Shown one piece after another: positions 1-12,344 of a stretch of 64,000 nt of DNA (positions within the stretch are counted from its first letter, which is position 1; each line of letters starts with the position of its first letter). The stretch comes from Paramecium tetraurelia. Lineage: Eukaryota. Made by a program: the position numbers and the translations under genes. The notes beneath the pieces are model-generated. The model did not search any database and was not told where the DNA came from. It saw nothing but the letters and a program-made list of their open reading frames with translations. The stretch lies in NCBI GenBank assembly GCA_000165425.1, contig CT868662.1, forward strand, positions 268,013 through 332,012, given 5' to 3'.

Positions 1-167
1 GACATTCTGGATTCCATTTGCTACTATACCCTTCCAATAACCCACATAATAACAATCAACTTACAACACAAAAAAGATTAACAAGATTTAAAAAGAATTG
101 CTTAAATTTGACACAGGTTTAAACAAAGATTGCTGATATTAATATTAATATATTTTCTTAATCAAAA

Positions 168-1491
168 ATGAAATCTAAAGTTGATTCTCAACCAGAGGAA
201 TCGAATACCGATAATGACTTTTCTGAGATGTCTGATACATAAGTAAGAAGAAGAGGCCCCTCTCCAAAAAAAGTCATTCATAAAAATAAACTGCCTAATT
301 TAGAAAGAAATGTCCCTATAATTATCAAGAATAATAATTTTGTTGTAAGAACTATTTGGACAATTGTTATGATTTTGGGCTTTATGGCTGTTTTATGGGC
401 AGGCCATATCTATATAATTGGATTAGTTTTGCTTGTTAATATTGGAATATTTAAGGAAATTTTAGGATTAAAAAGAAACTATGAAAAAGAGCTGAATATC
501 AAATATTCTCCAATAATTAATTGGTACTTTTTTGGAATAGCCACTTTTTTTTGTTATGGAAAATTGCTTCAATCGAAATTATCAGAATATACATTTAAAA
601 TGAATATGTTGTAATTTATTTTGAATTATCATAATATTGTTACTTTTATGTTATGGGTGGCAGGATTTTTGATGTTTACTTTGTCCCTTAAAAAAGGATA
701 CTATAGATATCAATTTAGAATGTTTGGATGGACACACATTACTTTAATCCTTGTCGTTGCATAAAGTTCAGTTATGATTATGAATATATTTGAAGGTAAT
801 TAAATTAGCTTAGATATTTTAGGCATCGTTTGGTTTATATTACCATGTTCTTTAGTAATAACAAATGACATATTTGCATATATTTTTGGAGTGTCATTTG
901 GAAAGACTCCATTAATTGAACTATCGCCAAAGAAAACATGGGAGGGTTTTATTGGAGGATGTTTTTCAACATTAGTTGCATCTTTTTGTGTAATTCATAA
1001 TTCTAATTTAGTTTGCATATTTTCTATAAGGGAGCCAATATTTGACTTGCCCATAGCATTAACTACCCTTTTCTCCTTTTTCTTCATTAACATGTGATAT
1101 CCCAAGTGTTTTTATATCCACTTAAAGATAATTGCCTTTTTAAATATTTGGAATTGATTCTGTTTATTTCAGTGATTTCTAAATTCATGCTATGGTGTTT
1201 AGTTTATTTACAAGTTTAGTATCGCCATTTGGTGGCTTCTTTGCATCTGGTTTTAAGAGAGGTATTAAAATCAAGGATTTTGGTGATACTATCCCAGGAC
1301 ATGGAGGCATCACTGATAGAATGGATTGTTAAATATTAACAGGGATGTTTTCATATTTGTATTTGCACTAAATTGTCTTACCAAAAGCAGCAACTTTAGG
1401 CACAGTACTTGGTTATGTGTCGTAATTATCCTTCAATGACCAATAAGAATTATTTGAGCAACTTAAATAGACATTATAAATTAATCAATGA
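168..1491 (+). CDS. CDS1: Phosphatidate cytidylyltransferase (CDP-diacylglycerol synthase)
   Basis: Motifs [31 protein letters not shown] and [32 protein letters not shown]=Gln; tiny introns at ~796-822 and ~989-1011; ends at TGA 1489-1491. Confidence 0.95.
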
Positions 1492-2044
1492 ATATTTAAT
1501 TTAAATAAATACAATTAGTTTATAATTAAACATAAAAAGATTTGAATGCTTTATCAACCATCAGAAGATATCCTGTATAATCTGATCGATGGATAATTCA
1601 TTATATACAATTTAATTAAATTATTTATAACCAATTCTCCAAATATATAAACAAATAGAGTATTTAAAAAATATTTCTAAACCAATAGCAGCTATTGCAT
1701 CTTAAATTATGTCTTAAACTTAAAATTTTCTCAAATCAAGGTAGTTAAATTTGCGCAACAATTGTATAAATATACAAAAAAAAATTTCTTTCTTCATTTG
1801 AGCAATCTAATTATAACAATATTGTTATTAATAACAATAGTAAAAATTATGTACATCACCGATGTCGTTGATCTTTTAATTAATTACATGATTTTTTATA
1901 AGATATAATGCGTTCTTCTGTTATTTAAATTAGATTAATTGATTTTAAATAAAATTAGAAATATACAGCACATTAAATTCTGTTCTTAAATTAATTTTTT
2001 ATTCTTTTCTTCTAATTATATATTATTATATCATATCATACTCT

Positions 2045-2194
2045 NNNNNNNNNNNNNNNNNNNNNNNNNNNNNNNNNNNNNNNNNNNNNNNNNNNNNNNN
2101 NNNNNNNNNNNNNNNNNNNNNNNNNNNNNNNNNNNNNNNNNNNNNNNNNNNNNNNNNNNNNNNNNNNNNNNNNNNNNNNNNNNNNNNNNNNNNN
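2045..2194. other. Assembly gap (150 N) flanked by imperfect duplicates
   Basis: Run of N; ~1870-2044 is a degraded copy of ~2224-2393. Confidence 0.95.
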
Positions 2195-2536
2195 GAGGGA
2201 CATCGTCGATGGCTGTTACATCTGATCTTTTAATTAATTACATGATTTTTTATAAGATATAATGCGTTCTTCTGTTATTTAAATGAGATTATGGAATTTA
2301 AAAAAAATTAGAATTATAAAACTTTAAGGCTGTTCTTAAATTAAGTTGTGATTCTTTGCTTCTATAATAGATTATTAGAGCATATCAAACTCTAAAAATA
2401 GATAATAAGAATAATTTTTTGGCAATTGAATAAATTTGCTATTAGATCTTTAATAATAAGTTAGAAAATATAAATCTGAAGTTGAAATTTTATTGTATCT
2501 TTATGATATAAATCAAAAAACAAAAATAAAAAAAAC

Positions 2537-3713
2537 TCATACAGATTCTTCAGCATCACTGCTAAATGAACTGTCTCCAGTGTCAGTTTGCTTTAATTGT
2601 GAAACTGGCTATGGAGCATGATTATATGTATTATTTGCTGCATGAACCTAAAATATTTATCAAATTAATACAATTCTATCATTTTTTTCTTAAGTTTTAC
2701 TATCTTCTGCTGCTTTTTTACTTTGTTGTTTTTTTAAATATTCAAGTTTTGTGTTTACATATTTCTCCAATTATCTTGTCTTTTTAACAGGTAAAGTATC
2801 GATATCAAATTCTAATTCATCATTTTATTCTTAAATTTTCAATCCATCAGAAACTATTTCCCAAACTCCTCTGAGATGTTCGGGAGGTAAGCTATTTATG
2901 TTTGAAACTAAGGCTCTTTTTTCCTACATATTCATAGGTTGTTCCATTAGGCTTGGTTGTTTTCTAATATTAAAATTGGGTATTTTACATTGGCTTTTTG
3001 TTATGTTAATTATTGTGATTACTATTGCTATTAGTTTATTACATGGGAGGTGGCTTTTTCTATTTTTCCTATTTTAGTGGTTGCTCAACAACTTATTTTT
3101 ATGGATAAGGCTTATCTAATTCTTTGTATAATTCATTAAAATGCTATTCTAATTCTTGAGTCATTGCATATAATTAGGTGCCTTTGTTATTCATGGCATA
3201 GGACATTTACCAGATTTTTTTTATATCTCCCCAAAATTACGTGGCAGTAAGATACTCATCTAAATTAAGATTGGATAAGTTAAGTACTGTTTTTTAGATT
3301 TTATTCAACAATTTATAAGTCAACGTATTCGAATTCTTAAGGATAATTAACATTTTCTAATTTCCTTAGAAATGGAGCTGCTAACTAGTGTTTTTTTAAT
3401 TTTTAGAGTAATGCTAAGCATCTTTTCATTTCATCAGTATTTTCTGCTCTATAAGGAGGTGCTACATATGTCTTTTTTGTGACTTTATTCTCCTCATCTG
3501 ATGAAATATCCTATTAAAATTTCTAAAATTTTATTATTTGATTAGCAAACTTTAACATCTCTTTTTGATTATCTGCTTAAATTAATGCTAAAACCAGGGG
3601 GTAATCTCTTTGCAACCACTCTTGCTTATTCTGAAGTTAAGTGGACTTAAAAAACATCTTCGATTTGCTAGATATCAAAAATTTAAATTTAGTTATACAC
3701 AAAAGGTCGTCAT
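2537..3713 (-). CDS. Bromodomain + extra-terminal (ET) domain protein (BET/GTE-like)
   Basis: CLALLQKLKKHQLAAPFL...VDLQIVEQNLKNNEYLTATQFWGDIKKIWQMSYAMNN (bromodomain) and PMNMQEKRALVSNINSLPPEHLRGVWEIV...ELEFDIDTLP (ET). Tiny introns. Confidence 0.88.
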
Positions 3714-5201
3714 AGCTTCAATAACGATTTCTAGAGTAAGAGAGATTCTTTGGAAAACAAATTATTTTAATTATTATTTTTTGTTTATTCACCTTAAAAA
3801 TCTTGATAAAAAAATGACCGGGGGTGGAAAAAATACATGATTAAAAATTAAAATAAGTTTGAGAGGTAATTATATTTTTTGAATAGAAAACTATTATTTT
3901 TGATGCCTCTCAAACAAAAGCATAACTTTATAATATTACATGAGTATTTAAGCTCTTTATAAATCTTCAATCTGTTCTAAATAATAAATTATTATATGTA
4001 CAAGTCATTCATTTCGTGAAGATTGAATTAGTTTACAAATTTGACATCCTCCTTAGGGTCATTTGTTTATAATATCTTTCCAATTGGTTGATTCATTGAA
4101 ATGATTTTGAAAGCAATTCATGTTCATCAAAAAATATTAATTAAATTAATATAGAAATAAACTCTTTTTTCAATTATCAACAAATACTTATATACTAATT
4201 CTATTATTCCATATTTATGATCAATGTGTTATATAATTCTATTTATCATCAAAATACTATTTATTTTATGAATAAAATTTGGAAAATACAAATTTATTAA
4301 AAAAAAGAGATGGCTTTTTGCTACTATTGATTAAACTAAATTGCAAAATGCTTGATTGATGCAAAATAATAATATTTCCATTTTTAATTTTTGAAATTGA
4401 TATGCCACTTTGTTGATAATCAACTTAATCATTTCAATTTTAATTGAAAAATTTCATTATTTTATCTCTCTAACTTGTTCAAACATTATTATTATTTGAG
4501 AAATTAATCTCTTCTTGTTCATTTATGGTAACAATTGCATAGGTTCTTTATTATATATAAAAGTCATAATTTATAATTTTTCTATTATAATTTCTAAGAC
4601 TACTTAAGAAATAAAGCAAAGCAAACTATCGTAGAATAAATGATTAAAATAATTGTATATTAATTTATATTCAAAATTAAGCAAAATTTTAAATTTAGAA
4701 AAAGTTATTAATTGTTTTATTCAGAAGATACATAAACACAAACATAAGATATATTTCATGACTTTACTCTTACTTAGCTATTTACCTAAATTAAAAGCTA
4801 TTTATCCTAATTAAATCTAATAGAGTTATTTTAGACAATAAAGAAATTGTTCACCAATAGCTATTATGAGCTTTTAATCTTCACATTTATAGTGTACTAT
4901 AACTATTATTTTTGTCAGGGTTAACTTTACATAATTTTTAATCTTAAATATGACATTATCAAAATCCTTCAAATTGAATTCAATAATAAGTATGAATTTT
5001 AATAAGAAATTTATTTGAAAACGTCATTAGTCTTTTGAGTTAAACCTCGTAATAATTGACCCAATTAGATTTCAAGATTTGAATGTTAAGATAAATTACC
5101 AGATCATTTATAGAATATTTTAATATTTTAATCATTCATATATAAATCGGATAGATATAATTTCCTTTATATTAGTAAAAATTAAATACCTTCTGGATAA
5201 A

Positions 5202-8119
5202 ATGGAAAATTTAGAAATTGCTGATTCCGAAAAATTTATTGCTTACAAACTTACTTCATCAAAATGTAATGTTTTTATTTAAATTAAGGTTGGAAAAAAC
5301 TCTTGTAGGAATAAATAAATGTTGAAAAATAAGCAAGATCTCACATTTCTGTATTACTCTCCAAATTCAATAAAAGAGCTCTAATACTTTATAATGGCTT
5401 CCTAAAATATGGTAATATCGATGCAAAATTAACACCAAAATATGAGATTAATATTAATAATTTGGTAGATGTAAGGTGTGAATTCTAAATTGAAAAGGCT
5501 CCATATAGAAATCAATTTTCTTATGGATATTACTTAGGTCGTTAAAAAAACTAAGAAATAATTTTCTAATTTACATTTAATTTTAAGAGAAAGCACTTGA
5601 GATATTTTAAAAAGAATTAATCAATCAAAGATAGTTATTTTTTGGATGAGAAAGATGAGAAAAATTTGGAGTGTTGGATTTTTAAAGGAAAATTAGATAA
5701 AGAATCCCAATGAGTAATTTCAAAATACATAGATTTGTTGATAAAATTATAATATGATAAGAAAAATGATCCAGGGCTTCTTAAAGAATTAGAAGAAATA
5801 AGATTGAGTTTTGACCCTAAACAACCATCAATTCTGCCGCCACCATGGCCTTCACTCCCAATTGATTATTACTTAATTAAATGAGATGACAACCAAAGGA
5901 TTTTTAACTAAGATGAGCCATACCTATTAGTCAATTTAACTTTACTGAAATACTAAAAGAATATTAATTTATAAAGTCCTTTAGTTATTTGCCAAAATAA
6001 ATATAATGAACATTAAATCTCTTTAATAATAAACACTAAAAAAATACAAGAAGGAATATTATTTATAGATTTAAATTTATTTTAGCAATAAAAAAATAGC
6101 TTTCAAGAAATATTATGTTAACCTAGTGAGAGCATTAATGAAGTTTAATTAATTTAATTTTGTTTAGATGACGAGAGGCAAAAAAGTTAAGGAGATAGTA
6201 GTTTATAACTACATTATAAAGTAAATAAGATAAATAATCAGAAATAGAAAGTTAATAATTAACCCTCATCATAAGTACCAAATACAAATAGTTTTAACAA
6301 TCCAAACGATTAATCGTAATTTGAAAAAAATTAAAATAAGTTTGATCCACCAAATAATGAAACTTAACAAAAAGATGATTAATTTGAAATTAATAATAAA
6401 AAGGAAATTACAGATGTGATCAATACAAATGATTTGGAACTTCCTTTAGATGGAACTAAAGTAAAAAACTACAATTAATAGACTGAAGTACTTAATACTG
6501 GTACTTTAAATGGTCCCTTGGATGAAACTTAAATCAATACCTAAAACTAAGACAATTCAGTAATTAATACAAATAATATCAAACCTCCTTTAGATGGAAC
6601 TTAAATGAATATCTAAAAATAAGATAATTCAGTAATTAACACATAGAATATCAAGCCTCCTTTAGATAGAACTTAAATCAATAACTAAAATTAAGACAAT
6701 TCAGTAGTTAATACAAAGAATATCAAACCTCCTTATGATGGAAATTAAATGAATATATAAAATTAAGATAATTAAGTAATTAAATACAAATAATATCAAA
6801 CCTCCTTTAGATAGAACTTAAATCAATAACTAAAATTAAGACAATTCAGTAGTTAATACAAAGAATATCAAACCTCCTTTAGATGGAACTTAAATGAATA
6901 TCTAAAATTAAGATAATTCAGTAATTAATACAAATAATATCAAACCTCCTTTAGATAGAACTTAAATCAATAACTAAAATTAAAGACAATTCAGTAGTTA
7001 TAATACAAAGAATATCAAACCTCCTTTAGATGGAACTTAAATGAATAACTAAAATTAAGATAATTCAGTAATTAACACAAAGAATATCAAGCCTCCTTTA
7101 GATAGAACTTAAATCAATAACTAAAATTAAGACAATTCAGTAGTTAATACGAAGAATATCAAACCTCCGTTAGATGGAACTTAAATGAATAACTAAAATT
7201 AAGATAATTCAGTAATTAACACAAAGAATATCAAACCTCCTTTAGATAGAACTTAAATCAATAACTAAAATTAAGACAATTCAGTAGTTAATACGAAGAA
7301 TATCAAACCTCCGTTAGATGGAACTTAAATGAATAACTAAAATTAAGATAATTCAGTAATTAACACAAAGAATATCAAGCCTCCTTTAGATAGAACTTAA
7401 ATCAATAACTAAAATTAAGATAATTCAGTAGTTAATACAAAGAATATCAAACCTCCGTTAGATGGAACTTAAATGAATAACTAAAATTAAGATAATTCAG
7501 TAATTAACACAAAGAATATCAAGCCTCCTTTAGATAGAACTTAAATCAATAAATAAAAGATTAAGATAATCCAGTAATTAATACAAATGACTTTAATTGT
7601 GCTTCGGATAGCCCTTAATTGAATAATTTTCAATTTCATTCAAAAGGATAATATCTTAAATAAAGTAATTAAGTTGAATCGAAACCCACCCATAAAAATT
7701 AATCTAAAAATAACTAATTTTAATAAACATAATCATCTACATCTGAAAACTTTATTTTACTTCATAGGCTTCGTGATAATTATTAAAGTTTCATCTAACA
7801 TGTTTAAAATAAAATAGATCTACAATATATTAATATTTCATAAATTTTTTAGATAATTGATATTCAAAAATAAACTACTTAAAATGCAGATCCCTTATTT
7901 ACTACTTTTAGTCTGGATTTAACATCTTTGAAATAATAAGAAAGATAATAAATTTAAGAATATGAATTTTATACAAATATTTGTTCTATTATTTTTACTG
8001 AAACATCAATTGCCCCTTTGCAAAACTCTATATTTTTATAAGGATTTTAGAACGCTTGTAAGAAACCATAAATACACAATTAAGAACCAGTTTAAATTGT
8101 TACATTTGATTCGGATTGA
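5202..8119 (+). pseudogene. Large ORF with N-terminal PH-like region and 24-aa tandem repeat; in-frame TGA at 5711 and 5882 (pseudogene or readthrough gene)
   Basis: ATG 5202, 23-nt intron 5266-5288, then a single frame from 5291 to TGA 8117 broken only by TGA at 5711 (KESQ*VISKYIDLL) and 5882 (YYLIK*DDNQ). Confidence 0.55.
6440..7620 (+). repeat. Coding minisatellite: ~16-17 copies of a 72-bp unit (KPPLDGTQMNNQNQDNSVINTKNI) organised as 144-bp dimers
   Basis: CCTCCT(T/G)TAGAT recurs at 6584, 6656, 6728, 6801, 6873, 6945, 7020, 7092, 7164, 7236, 7308, 7380, 7452, 7524, with degenerate copies at both edges. Confidence 0.95.
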
Positions 8120-9448
8120 TTAATATAGAATCCTGTTTCATTAATATTCTTTATAGCAAAAATATAATTTTACTTAACTAGAATTAAAAATGTCTGTAAA
8201 TAATATAATAATTTTATTCATTATTAATTTTCGAAATATATTACCATTTAAATTTATAATTTTCCACCTAAAATTCATATCAAGTTTAGTATAAACTTAT
8301 TGTTTCGAAATCGTCTGAAAAACTTTGAAACTATTTTGCAATATTCTTCAAAAGGTTGAGGAAAGTAAATAAATCATAATAAATTTATAAGAGTAATATT
8401 TTCAATTTTATAATATTTTCAGCAAATTTGATTAATTCAGAAACTATTTATAATAATTCTTAGTTAGAAACTGATAAAATGATTAGAAGAATCTGATAAT
8501 GTAATAGAACTCAAGAAAAATATAAAGTAATATCTTAGATTTTACAAATTGATACATTTTCCTACAAATGTTTAGATTATAAGATAGTATTTAATTATGA
8601 ATATTATTCAACATCTTCTTGATAACTAATTTCAATCCTATTACTAATAAATTTTATGTAAATACTTTTCTTCTATTGGGTTTTTCTATTAAATCCTAAT
8701 AATTCCTTAATTCTTTATTTAAAACATTTACATTTAAGAAATAAACAATTTAATAAATACACAATACATTAAAATAATATTTTTGGTTTGAAAAATTAAA
8801 AACATTTTCCAATTCCATTTATCAGTATTTATTTCTAATCCTTTTTTATATTCATTTGACTTAAATTATATTCATTATTAATAAGATTATTTAATCTTGT
8901 TGCTTATTCTCATTCTCACTTTTAAATTATCTAGTGTTTATTTTTTGTTATAGATTTTGCAGATAATGTGATTATGCATGTGTATACTGATTATTTATTT
9001 AGATTAAAATGTAAAAATGCTCATTATTGCTTCTTTAATAATTATTAGAAAATTTAAAAATATTATACTCTTATTTCTCATTTATTTTTGGGTTTCCTTC
9101 TCCATTATTATTTTTATAAATTTTTCTCAGAAGATTAATGGTAAGGATCCATTAGATTTTTATATTTCTAAAGAATCTTCAATATTCTGAATGTTTTAAG
9201 CAATTTGATTTTATTCAGTAAAGAATAGTTCTTCTATCAATATTATAATGTTGAAATATATATCTGTTTGATTTATTAATTTAATTCAACTTTTTGGAAT
9301 CCTTAATTTAAGTTGATAAATTTCTTTCAAATTGAACAATTTTTATTCTGTAATTTGGAACTCAGATTGAATAGAATTTAATATTTTATAAGTTTAATTA
9401 AATGTCGTTTATAATCTATAAATTTGTAAAATATAGTAAACTCTATAA

Positions 9449-12169
9449 TCATAATAACTTTAGTTTCTCCATTATACATTTGAGTTTCTTTACTTATAGG
9501 GGTTTATTCAATACTTCTATCATGCCAACTTGCTTGCATTGTTCAAGATCTGACTTACTAGTAAAAGCTGTAAACCCCACTATAGGAATTGGTTTAAGTT
9601 GCCCTTATTAAAACTTTTATTTAAGTATTCTCGTGGTTTACCATCCATCTAAGACAGGCATTTGACAATCCATTAAAATTAGTAAATATTTACGGCAAAG
9701 TTAACCGCATGACTTTTTTTACTCAATCATTTTAATTGCTTATTAACCATTATAAGCGGTTTCAATTTCAAAATTGAATTTTTGCAATATACAAGTTAAG
9801 GATTACTAATTAAATATTTCATCATCAACTGAAAGAATGGTTCTGCAGTTACATTTTTAGTATTTCTATTCTTGTGATTTTTGAATTTTAAAATTTTTGG
9901 TCTTATCAATCCATCCATTCGTATATAATTGATTTAACTCAGAAACCAAATGATTTTATGCATCAGGAATCTTCATGAATTCATCAATAGCAGTATATGA
10001 TGTTAATGACTTATTTAAAATTTACTTGCTTTCTGTTTAACTTTTAATTGTAATTAACAATCCATTATATTCATCTAAATCAGGCAATGTCAATATTTGA
10101 TTATGTGTCTTTAAATTTTTTCTTGTTTTTACATAATAATCATAAATATTGACATGATTTGAAATTCTAAATTGTACAGTGGTTCCTAAACCCAAACCCA
10201 AAGAATTAATAATAAGATCATTATTTTGAAGAGGTCCCAAGTATCGTAATAGCATTTGAGACAAAATCAATCCAAAGCCATTCCAATCTTAAGTCGAAGT
10301 GTGATGATCTTTTAAGACATTCTGAATTTGGTTTAACTTTTCAGAGGTTATCCCTACTCCTTCATCGGCAATTGTGAATTCAATATTGTTATATTAATTG
10401 TCTGCGTTAATGGTAACCAAAACATACCCGTGTTGTGAATATTTTAATGCATTATAAAGCAGATTAACTAATATTTAAAGTAATCTTTGATAATCAGATT
10501 TGATTGTAGGTGGAATATTGTAATCTACTTTAAAGGCTAATCCAATTTTTTTGGCTTTGAATTCAAATTTGAATAATTATGTTAATTCTTAAGTTAATTC
10601 TTTCAAATAGAACTCAGAATATTGCAATTCCAATATTTCAGCATTAATTTATGAAAAGTCTATAATATCATTAACAAGATGGGATTGTCTGGTTAGTGAT
10701 GATAGTCCTGGTAATATGTAAGCATCTCGAATGTGTTTATCTAATCTATTATCAAGTAAAGCTGATTTAAAGAATAGTGTGGCACTGTTTAATGGAGTAC
10801 GTAATTCGTGACTAAATGAACTGATCATTTTAGATTTGAATTCTTCTTACTCTTCAAATCTTTATAACTTATTTTATCTTGTGTAATCCTAAATGATAAC
10901 TGTCATTTCAACTTGATCAGGACTATAGAGTACCTTAAGATTCAAATGAATAACGTTATTAACATTCAATTAATATTTACAATATAGTTCTAGAGTGTGA
11001 TCCTGGTCATTCAATTAATTATCAAAGAATCCATCTTACAGTTTATTGATTATTTGATTAAGTGAATATACCTTTTATGGGTGATGAATTTCAAATTCGC
11101 TTATGTTTTTTGAAGATTCTGAACCTTTTTTTTTGTGTGTATGGTAAGATTATGTTAGAGTCCTTCCTGGGAATTCGACTTGAATATTGGCCTTGCTTTG
11201 CTTCATACTAAAGTAGTGTGAGTAATAGCTTCTTTTGTATTCAGATCCTTAATCAATGATTTTAAATTTCAATTGATTTAATAAATATGCTGGGTAATCA
11301 TCGAGTTCTATCTGAAGAGTTTTGGTCATCATTTGATCTAGATACTAATTTTTATAAGTGAAATCGTTGGTATTTTTATCAATTAATGCGATTCCAACTG
11401 GTATACTTTTTAATCTTTGTTTCCAAATCTTATCTTAAAGTTAAGATTAATGACAAATTTCTATGGATATTTGTTCTGACTGCTTTAGTGGTCTTCCTGA
11501 AGACAATTAGATAGAAATATTGGATTTTTTAAACGGCAATTCATGATTGTCAAGAAATGAATCCATTTTACCTGAATTTGGTTGATCTAAATCAATAAAC
11601 TCCTTCATTTCTTTATGTGATGACTAGAGCTATAATTAATTCAATTGATTTTATAGTTATCGATTTTATATTTGTGATTGCTATAACTAAATTGAGCTCT
11701 TATTTGTAATTTTTTCAGCGATTGACCAAAATATTTATTATGGGGCTGAGGATATGAAATATACAAACATTGTCATAATCAAAAATAGTTGATCATTTAA
11801 TTGTTTATTTAACGTTGCACTTACGCTAGCGTAAAATATGACAGCATATTAGAAATTTAAGAAAAACTATTTTTTTTCAATGAGGGCTAAAATGGGTTGA
11901 GTATCAGATATGATGTAAAGTATTAAAGTAGTGCAATCATAAAAAGTGCGTTAAAAGAAAAATGATGTTATTAGTGCTATATTTGATAGTTTATGGATGA
12001 CAATCACAAAGGTTGTATGCTTCTTGATAAAAATGAGGGATGCTAAGCATTCTAAAATATTCAAAATCAAACAAATAAATAAGGCTGAAAAAGTACATCT
12101 TATTGTAAGTACAACTGTCAATATAATACTACTTACAAAGAATAATTGAATTGGATAATAATTTTTCAT
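9449..12169 (-). CDS. Membrane hybrid histidine kinase (TM region, HisKA, HATPase_c, receiver)
   Basis: H-box SFSHELRTPLN, N-box ILVNLLYNALKY, G1 DEGVG, receiver ILSVDDEIFN...ILMDCQMPVLDGW...NKP; hydrophobic N-terminus. Confidence 0.93.
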
Positions 12170-12344
12170 TTATTTTAAACATTAATAATCTTTTTAGAGA
12201 GTCAAAATTATGCTAAGAAATAAAAGACTAGCACCAATCATTACACAATATTATACAAATATTTAATTTTTGTGAATACCATAAATTTTCTAGAATGCAG
12301 TCAGTAATCTGAATTCAATTATCCAAAATTAAATAAATATAAAT

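Noticed and set aside
1..130. Possible 5' end of a minus-strand secreted-protein gene (ILLIFFVLQVDCYYVGYWKG)
   Set aside because: No in-frame ATG found and the sequence is truncated by the window edge.
5711..5884. Selenocysteine interpretation of the in-frame TGAs
   Set aside because: No redox CxxU/UxxC context and no SECIS element recognised by eye.
6440..7620. CRISPR-like array
   Set aside because: Units are contiguous 72-bp tandem copies without unique spacers, lie inside a eukaryotic ORF, and no cas genes are present.
8510..9420. Minus-strand ORF with several TGA that read plausibly as Trp; likewise a plus-strand extension beyond 8117
   Set aside because: TGA density (about 1 per 55-60 codons) matches chance for this base composition; no ATG/intron support or recognisable motif.
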